Source: the human T2T-CHM13v2.0 reference genome, Homo sapiens. Taken from it: 64,000 bases of DNA. Both the position numbers and the translations under genes were made by a program. The notes under the pieces were generated by a model. The model did no database searches. It saw only the letters and a list, made by a program, of their open reading frames with translations, and had not been told where the DNA came from. The stretch lies in the NCBI RefSeq assembly GCF_009914755.1, contig NC_060931.1. One strand, given 5' to 3'. Shown here one piece after another: positions 52,102 through 61,634 of the stretch (within the stretch, counting starts at the first letter, position 1; every line of letters starts with the position of its first letter).

Positions 52102-55100
52102 TTCAACTCACAGAGTTTAACCTTTCTTTTCTTAGAGCAGTTTAGAAACACTCTGCTTGTTATGACTGCAAGTGGATATTTGGACCTCTTTGAGGCCTTC
52201 GTTGCAAACGGGGTTTCTTCCTTTCATGCTAGACTAAGAAGAGTTCTCAGTAACTTTTTTGTGTTGTGTGTATTCAACTCACAGAGTTGAACCTTGCTTT
52301 AGAGAGAGCAGATTTGAAACACTCTTGCTGTGGCATTTTCAGGTGGAGATTTCAAGCGATTTGAGGACAATTGCAGAAAAGGAAATATCTTCGTATAATA
52401 ACCAGACAGAATCATTCTCAGAAAGTGCTTTGTGATGTGTGCGTTCAACTCACAGAGTTTAACCTTTCTTTTCATAGAGGAGTTTGGAAACACACTGTTT
52501 GTAAGGACTGCAAGTGGATATATGGACCTGTTTGAGGCCTTCGTTGGAAACGGGATTTCTTCATTGAATGCTAGACGGAAGAATTCTCAGTAAATTCTTT
52601 GTGTTGTGTGCATTCAAGTCATAGAGTGGAACGTCCCTTTAGACACAGCAGATTTGAAACACTCTTTTTGCGGAATTTGCAAGTGGAGATTTCTAGCCAT
52701 TTGATGCCAACAGTAGAAAGGGAAATATCTTCAAATAAAAACCAGACAGAATCATTCTCAGCAAATTCTTTGTGATGTGTGCGTTCAACTCACATAGTTT
52801 AACCTTTCTTTTCATAGAGCAGTTTGGAAACACTCTGTTTGTAAAGTCTGCAAGTGGATATATGGACCGCATTGAGGCCTTCGTTGGAAACGGGATTTCT
52901 TCATTTCATGCTAGACAGAAGAATTCTCAGTAACTTCTTTGTGCTGTGTGTATTCAACTCACAGAGTGGAACGTCCCTTTGCACAGAGCAGATTTGAAAC
53001 ACTCTTTTTGTGGAGTTTGCAAGTGGAGATTTCAAGCGATTTGATGCCAACAGTAGAAAAGGAAATATCTTCAAATAAAAACTAGACAGAATCATTCTCA
53101 GAAACTACTTTGTGATGTGTGCCTTCAACTCACAGAGTTCAACCTTTCTTTTCTTAGAGCAGTTTAGAAACACTCTGCTTGTTATGTCTGCAAGTGGATA
53201 TTTGGACCTCTTTGAGGCCTTCGTTGCAAACGGGGTTTCTTCCTTTCATGCTAGACTAAGAAGAGTTCTCAGTAACTTTTTTGTGTTGTGTGTATTCAAC
53301 TCACAGAGTTGAACCTTGCTTTAGAGAGAGCAGATTTGAAACACTCTTGCTGTGGCATTTTCAGGTGGAGATTTCAAGCGATTTGAGGACAATTGCAGAA
53401 AAGGAAATATCTTCGTATAATAACCAGACAGAATCATTCTCAGAAAGTGCTTTGTGATGTGTGCGTTCAACTCACAGAGTTTAACCTTTCTTTTCATAGA
53501 GGAGTTTGGAAACACACTGTTTGTAAAGTCTGCAAGTGGATACATGGACCTGTTTGAGGCCTTCGTTGGAAACGGGATTTCTTCATTGAATGCTAGACGG
53601 AAGAATTCTCAGTAAATTCTTTGTGTTGTGTGCATTCAACTCACAGAGTGGAACGTCCCTTTAGACAGAGCAGATTTGAAACACTCTTTTTGCGGAATTT
53701 GCAAGTGGAGATTTCTAGCCATTTGATGCCAACAGTAGAAAGGGAAATATCTTCAAATAAAAACCAGACAGAATCATTCTCAGCAAATTCTTTGTGATGT
53801 GTGCGTTCAACTCACATAGTTTAACCTTTCTTTTCATAGAGCAGTTTGGAAACACTCTGTTTGTAAAGTCTGCAAGTGGATATATGGACCGCATTGAGGC
53901 CTTCGTTGGAAACGGGATTTCTTCATTTCATGCTAGACAGAAGAATTCTCAGTAACTTCTTTGTGCTGTGTGTATTCAACTCACAGAGTGGAACGTCCCT
54001 TTGCACAGAGCAGATTTGAAACACTCTTTTTGTGGAGTTTGCAAGTGGAGATTTCAAGCGATTTGATGCCAACAGTAGAAAAGGAAATATCTTCAAATAA
54101 AAACTAGACAGAATCATTCTCAGAAACTACTTTGTGATGTGTGCCTTCAACTCACAGAGTTCAACCTTTCTTTTCTTAGAGCAGTTTAGAAACACTCTGC
54201 TTGTTATGTCTGCAAGTGGATATTTGGACCTCTTTGAGGCCTTCGTTGCAAACGGGGTTTCTTCCTTTCATGCTAGACTAAGAAGAGTTCTCAGTAACTT
54301 TTTTGTGTTGTGTGTATTCAACTCACAGAGTTGAACCTTGCTTTAGAGACAGCAGATTTGAAACACTCTTGCTGTGGCATTTTCAGGTGGAGATTTCAAG
54401 CGATTTGAGGACAATTGCAGAAAAGGAAATATCTTCGTATAATAACCAGACAGAATCATTCTCAGAAAGTGCTTTGTGATGTGTGCGTTCAACTCACAGA
54501 GTTTAACCTTTCTTTTCATAGAGGAGTTTGGAAACACACTGTTTGTAAAGTCTGCAAGTGGATACATGGACCTGTTTGAGGCCTTCGTTGGAAACGGGAT
54601 TTCTTCATTGAATGCTAGACGGAAGAATTCTCAGTAAATTCTTTGTGTTGTGTGCATTCAACTCACAGAGTGGAACGTCCCTTTAGACAGAGCAGATTTG
54701 AAACACTCTTTTTGCGGAATTTGCAAGTGGAGATTTCTAGCCATTTGATGCCAACAGTAGAAAGGGAAATATCTTCAAATAAAAACCTGACAGAATCATT
54801 CTCAGAAAATTCTTTGTGATGTGTGCGTTCAACTCACATAGTTTAACCTTTCTTTTCATAGAGCAGTTTGGAAACACTCTGTTTGTAAAGTCTGCAAGTG
54901 GATATATGGACCGCATTGAGGCCTTCGTTGGAAACGGGATTTCTTCATTTCATGCTAGACAGAAGAATTCTCAGTAACTTCTTTGTGCTGTGTGTATTCA
55001 ACTCACAGAGTGGAACGTCCCTTTACACAGAGCAGATTTGAAACACTCTTTTTGTGGAGTTTGCAAGTGGAGATTTCAAGCGATTTGATGCCAACAGTAG

Positions 55101-56189
55101 AAAAGGAAATATCTTCAAATAAAAACTAGACAGAATCATTCTCAGAAACTACTTTGTGATGTGTGCCTTCAACTCACAGAGTTTAACCTTTCTTTTCTTA
55201 GAGCAGTTTAGAAACACTCTGCTTGTTATGTCTGCAAGTGGATATTTGGACCTCTTTGAGGCCTTCGTTGCAAACGGGGTTTCTTCCTTTCATGCTAGAC
55301 TAAGAAGAGTTCTCAGTAACTTTTTTGTGTTGTGTGTATTCAACTCACAGAGTTGAACCTTGCTTTAGAGAGAGCAGATTTGAAACACTCTTGCTGTGGC
55401 ATTTTCAGGTGGAGATTTCAAGCGATTTGAGGACAATTGCAGAAAAGGAAATATCTTCGTATAATAACCAGACAGAATCATTCTCAGAAAGTGCTTTGTG
55501 ATGTGTGCGTTCAACTCACAGAGTTTAACCTTTCTTTTCATAGAGGAGTTTGGAAACACACTGTTTGTAAAGTCTGCAAGTGGATATATGGACCTGTTTG
55601 AGGCCTTCGTTGGAAACGGGATTTCTTCATTGAATGCTAGACGGAAGAATTCTCAGTAAATTCTTTGTGTTGTGTGCATTCAACTCACAGAGTGGAACGT
55701 CCCTTTAGACAGAGCAGATTTGAAACACTCTTTTTGCGGAATTTGCAAGTGGAGATTTCTAGCCATTTGATGCCAACAGTAGAAAGGGAAATATCTTCAA
55801 ATAAAAACCAGACAGAATCATTCTCAGAAAATTCTTTGTGATGTGTGCGTTCAACTCACATAGTTTAACCTTTCTTTTCATAGAGCAGTTTGGAAACACT
55901 CTGTTTGTAAAGTCTGCAAGTGGATATATGGACCGCATTGAGGCCTTCGTTGGAAACGGGATTTCTTCATTTCATGCTAGACAGAAGAATTCTCAGTAAC
56001 TTCTTTGTGCTGTGTGTATTCAACTCACAGAGTGGAACGTCCCTTTACACAGAGCAGATTTGAAACACTCTTTTTGTGGAGTTTGCAAGTGGAGATTTCA
56101 AGCGATTTGATGCCAACAGTAGAAAAGGAAATATCTTCAAATAAAAACTAGACAGAATCATTCTCAGAAACTACTTTGTGATGTGTGCC

Positions 56190-56869
56190 TTCAACTCACA
56201 GAGTTTAACCTTTCTTTTCATAGAGGAGTTTGGAAACACACTGTTTGTAAAGTCTGCAAGTGGATATATGGACCTGTTTGAGGCCTTCGTTGGAAACGGG
56301 ATTTCTTCATTGAATGCTAGACGGAAGAATTCTCAGTAAATTCTTTGTGTTGTGTGCATTCAACTCACAGAGTGGAACGTCCCTTTAGACAGAGCAGATT
56401 TGAAACACTCTTTTTGCGGAATTTGCAAGTGGAGATTTCTAGCCATTTGATGCCAACAGTAGAAAGGGAAATATCTTCAAATAAAAACCAGACAGAATCA
56501 TTCTCAGAAAATTCTTTGTGATGTGTGCGTTCAACTCACATAGTTTAACCTTTCTTTTCATAGAGCAGTTTGGAAACACTCTGTTTGTAAAGTCTGCAAG
56601 TGGATATATGGACCGCATTGAGGCCTTCGTTGGAAACGGGATTTCTTCATTTCATGCTAGACAGAAGAATTCTCAGTAACTTCTTTGTGCTGTGTGTATT
56701 CAACTCACAGAGTGGAACGTCCCTTTACACAGAGCAGATTTGAAACACTCTTTTTGTGGAGTTTGCAAGTGGAGATTTCAAGCGATTTGATGCCAACAGT
56801 AGAAAAGGAAATATCTTCAAATAAAAACTAGACAGAATCATTCTCAGAAACTACTTTGTGATGTGTGCC
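56190..56869 (+). repeat. 680-bp 4-mer HOR variant
   Basis: Same hybrid junction; C spacing 55156 to 56858 = 1702. Confidence 0.93.
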
Positions 56870-59800
56870 TTCAACTCACAGAGTTTAACCTTTCTTTTCT
56901 TAGAGCAGTTTAGAAACACTCTGCTTGTTATGACTGCAAGTGGATATTTGGACCTCTTTGAGGCCTTCGTTGCAAACGGGGTTTCTTCCTTTCATGCTAG
57001 ACTAAGAAGAGTTCTCAGTAACTTTTTTGTGTTGTGTGTATTCAACTCACAGAGTTGAACCTTGCTTTAGAGAGAGCAGATTTGAAACACTCTTGCTGTG
57101 GCATTTTCAGGTGGAGATTTCAAGCGATTTGAGGACAATTGCAGAAAAGGAAATATCTTCGTATAATAACCAGACAGAATCATTCTCAGAAAGTGCTTTG
57201 TGATGTGTGCGTTCAACTCACAGAGTTTAACCTTTCTTTTCATAGAGGAGTTTGGAAACACACTGTTTGTAAGGACTGCAAGTGGATATATGGACCTGTT
57301 TGAGGCCTTCGTTGGAAACGGGATTTCTTCATTGAATGCTAGACGGAAGAATTCTCAGTAAATTCTTTGTGTTGTGTGCATTCAACTCACAGAGTGGAAC
57401 GTCCCTTTAGACAGAGCAGATTTGAAACACTCTTTTTGCGGAATTTGCAAGTGGAGATTTCTAGCCATTTGATGCCAACAGTAGAAAGGGAAATATCTTC
57501 AAATAAAAACCAGACAGAATCATTCTCAGAAAATTCTTTGTGATGTGTGCGTTCAACTCACATAGTTTAACCTTTCTTTTCATAGAGCAGTTTGGAAACA
57601 CTCTGTTTGTAAAGTCTGCAAGTGGATATATGGACCGCATTGAGGCCTTCGTTGGAAACGGGATTTCTTCATTTCATGCTAGACAGAAGAATTCTCAGTA
57701 ACTTCTTTGTGCTGTGTGTATTCAACTCACAGAGTGCAACGTCCCTTTGCACAGAGCAGATTTGAAACACTCTTTTTGTGGAGTTTGCAAGTGGAGATTT
57801 CAAGCGATTTGATGCCAACAGTAGAAAAGGAAATATCTTCAAATAAAAACTAGACAGAATCATTCTCAGAAACTACTTTGTGATGTGTGCCTTCAACTCA
57901 CAGAGTTTAACCTTTCTTTTCTTAGAGCAGTTTAGAAACACTCTGCTTGTTATGACTGCAAGTGGATATTTGGACCTCTTTGAGGCCTTCGTTGCAAACG
58001 GGGTTTCTTCCTTTCATGCTAGACTAAGAAGAGTTCTCAGTAACTTTTTTGTGTTGTGTGTATTCAACTCACAGAGTTGAACCTTGCTTTAGAGAGAGCA
58101 GATTTGAAACACTCTTGCTGTGGCATTTTCAGGTGGAGATTTCAAGCGATTTGAGGACAATTGCAGAAAAGGAAATATCTTCGTATAATAACCAGACAGA
58201 ATCATTCTCAGAAAGTGCTTTGTGATGTGTGCGTTCAACTCACAGAGTTTAACCTTTCTTTTCATAGAGGAGTTTGGAAACAAACTGTTTGTAAAGTCTG
58301 CAAGTGGATATATGGACCTGTTTGAGGCCTTCGTTGGAAACGGGATTTCTTCATTGAATGCTAGACGGAAGAATTCTCAGTAAATTCTTTGTGTTGTGTG
58401 CATTCAACTCACAGAGTGGAACGTCCCTTTAGACAGAGCAGATTTGAAACACTCTTTTTGCGGAATTTGCAAGTGGAGATTTCTAGCCATTTGATGCCAA
58501 CAGTAGAAAGGGAAATATCTTCAAATAAAAACCAGACAGAATCATTCTCAGCAAATTCTTTGTGATGTGTGCGTTCAACTCACATAGTTTAACCTTTCTT
58601 TTCATAGAGCAGTTTGGAAACACTCTGTTTGTAAAGTCTGTAAGTGGATATATGGACCGCATTGAGGCCTTCGTTGGAAACGGGATTTCTTCATTTCATG
58701 CTAGACAGAAGAATTCTCAGTAACTTCTTTGTGCTGTGTGTATTCAACTCACAGAGTGGAACGTCCCTTTACACAGAGCAGATTTGAAACACTCTTTTTG
58801 TGGAGTTTGCAAGTGGAGATTTCAAGCGATTTGATGCCAACAGTAGAAAAGGAAATATCTTCAAATAAAAACTAGACAGAATCATTCTCAGAAACTACTT
58901 TGTGATGTGTGCCTTCAACTCACAGAGTTTAACCTTTCTTTTCTTAGAGCAGTTTAGAAACACTCTGCTTGTTATGTCTGCAAGTGGATATTTGGACCTC
59001 TTTGAGGCCTTCGTTGCAAACGGGGTTTCTTCCTTTCATGCTAGACTAAGAAGAGTTCTCAGTAACTTTTTTGTGTTGTGTGTATTCAACTCACAGAGTT
59101 GAACCTTGCTTTAGAGAGAGCAGATTTGAAACACTCTTGCTGTGGCATTTTCAGGTGGAGATTTCAAGCGATTTGAGGACAATTGCAGAAAAGGAAATAT
59201 CTTCGTATAATAACCAGACAGAATCATTCTCAGAAAGTGCTTTGTGATGTGTGCGTTCAACTCACAGAGTTTAACCTTTCTTTTCATAGAGGAGTTTGGA
59301 AACACACTGTTTGTAAAGTCTGCAAGTGGATATATGGACCTGTTTGAGGCCTTCGTTGGAAACGGGATTTCTTCATTGAATGCTAGACGGAAGAATTCTC
59401 AGTAAATTCTTTGTGTTGTGTGCATTCAACTCACAGAGTGGAACGTCCCTTTAGACAGAGCAGATTTGAAACACTCTTTTTGCGGAATTTGCAAGTGGAG
59501 ATTTCTAGCCATTTGATGCCAACAGTAGAAAGGGAAATATCTTCAAATAAAAACCAGACAGAATCATTCTCAGAAAATTCTTTGTGATGTGTGCGTTCAA
59601 CTCACATAGTTTAACCTTTCTTTTCATAGAGCAGTTTGGAAACACTCTGTTTGTAAAGTCTGCAAGTGGATATATGGACCGCATTGAGGCCTTCGTTGGA
59701 AACGGGATTTCTTCATTTCATGCTAGACAGAAGAATTCTCAGTAACTTCTTTGTGCTGTGTGTATTCAACTCACAGAGTGGAACGTCCCTTTACACAGAG

Positions 59801-59935
59801 CAGATTTGAAACACTCTTTTTGTGGAGTTTGCAAGTGGAGATTTCAAGCGATTTGATGCCAACAGTAGAAAAGGAAATATCTTCAAATAAAAACTAGACA
59901 GAATCATTCTCAGAAACTACTTTGTGATGTGTGCC

Positions 59936-61634
59936 TTCAACTCACAGAGTTTAACCTTTCTTTTCATAGAGGAGTTTGGAAACACACTGTTTGTAAAGTC
60001 TGCAAGTGGATATATGGACCTGTTTGAGGCCTTCGTTGGAAACGGGATTTCTTCATTGAATGCTAGACGGAAGAATTCTCAGTAAATTCTTTGTGTTGTG
60101 TGCATTCAACTCACAGAGTGGAACGTCCCTTTAGACAGAGCAGATTTGAAACACTCTTTTTGCGGAATTTGCAAGTGGAGATTTCTAGCCATTTGATGCC
60201 AACAGTAGAAAGGGAAATATCTTCAAATAAAAACCAGACAGAATCATTCTCAGCAAATTCTTTGTGATGTGTGCGTTCAACTCACATAGTTTAACCTTTC
60301 TTTTCATAGAGCAGTTTGGAAACACTCTGTTTGTAAAGTCTGCAAGTGGATATATGGACCGCATTGAGGCCTTCGTTGGAAACGGGATTTCTTCATTTCA
60401 TGCTAGACAGAAGAATTCTCAGTAACTTCTTTGTGCTGTGTGTATTCAACTCACAGAGTGGAACGTCGCTTTGCACAGAGCAGATTTGAAACACTCTTTT
60501 TGTGGAGTTTGCAAGGGAGATTTCAAGCGATTTGATGCCAACAGTAGAAAAGGAAATATCTTCAAATAAAAACCAGACAGAATCATTCTCAGAAAATTCT
60601 TTGTGATGTGTGCGTTCAACTCACATAGTTTAACCTTTCTTTTCATAGAGCAGTTTGGAAACACTCTGTTTGTAAAGTCTGCAAGTGGATATATGGACCG
60701 CATTGAGGCCTTCGTTGGAAACGGGATTTCTTCATTTCATGCTAGACAGAAGAATTCTCAGTAACTTCTTTGTGCTGTGTGTATTCAACTCACAGAGTGG
60801 AACGTCCCTTTACACAGAGCAGATTTGAAACACTCTTTTTGTGGAGTTTGCAAGGGGAGATTTCAAGCGATTTGATGCCAACAGTAGAAAAGGAAATATC
60901 TTCAAATAAAAACTAGACAGAATCATTCTCAGAAACTACTTTGTGATGTGTGCCTTCAACTCACAGAGTTTAACCTTTCTTTTCATAGAGGAGTTTGGAA
61001 ACACACTGTTTGTAAAGTCTGCAAGTGGATATATGGACCTGTTTGAGGCCTTCGTTGGAAACGGGATTTCTTCATTGAATGCTAGACGGAAGAATTCTCA
61101 GTAAATTCTTTGTGTTGTGTGCATTCAACTCACAGAGTGGAACGTCCCTTTAGACAGAGCAGATTTGAAACACTCTTTTTGCGGAATTTGCAAGTGGAGA
61201 TTTCTAGCCATTTGATGCCAACAGTAGAAAGGGAAATATCTTCAAATAAAAACCAGACAGAATCATTCTCAGAAAATTCTTTGTGATGTGTGCGTTCAAC
61301 TCACATAGTTTAACCTTTCTTTTCATAGAGCAGTTTGGAAACACTCTGTTTGTAAAGTCTGCAAGTGGATATATGGACCGCATTGAGGCCTTCGTTGGAA
61401 ACGGGATTTCTTCATTTCATGCTAGACAGAAGAATTCTCAGTAACTTCTTTGTGCTGTGTGTATTCAACTCACAGAGTGGAACGTCCCTTTACACAGAGC
61501 AGATTTGAAACACTCTTTTTGTGGAGTTTGCAAGTGGAGATTTCAAGCGATTTGATGCCAACAGTAGAAAAGGAAATATCTTCAAATAAAAACTAGACAG
61601 AATCATTCTCAGAAACTACTTTGTGATGTGTGCC
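59936..61634 (+). repeat. Complex C-less variant A-B*-B-A-B (1699 bp), copy 2
   Basis: C spacing 58902 to 61623 = 2721; the same junctions and deletion appear shifted by 9533 bp. Confidence 0.9.
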
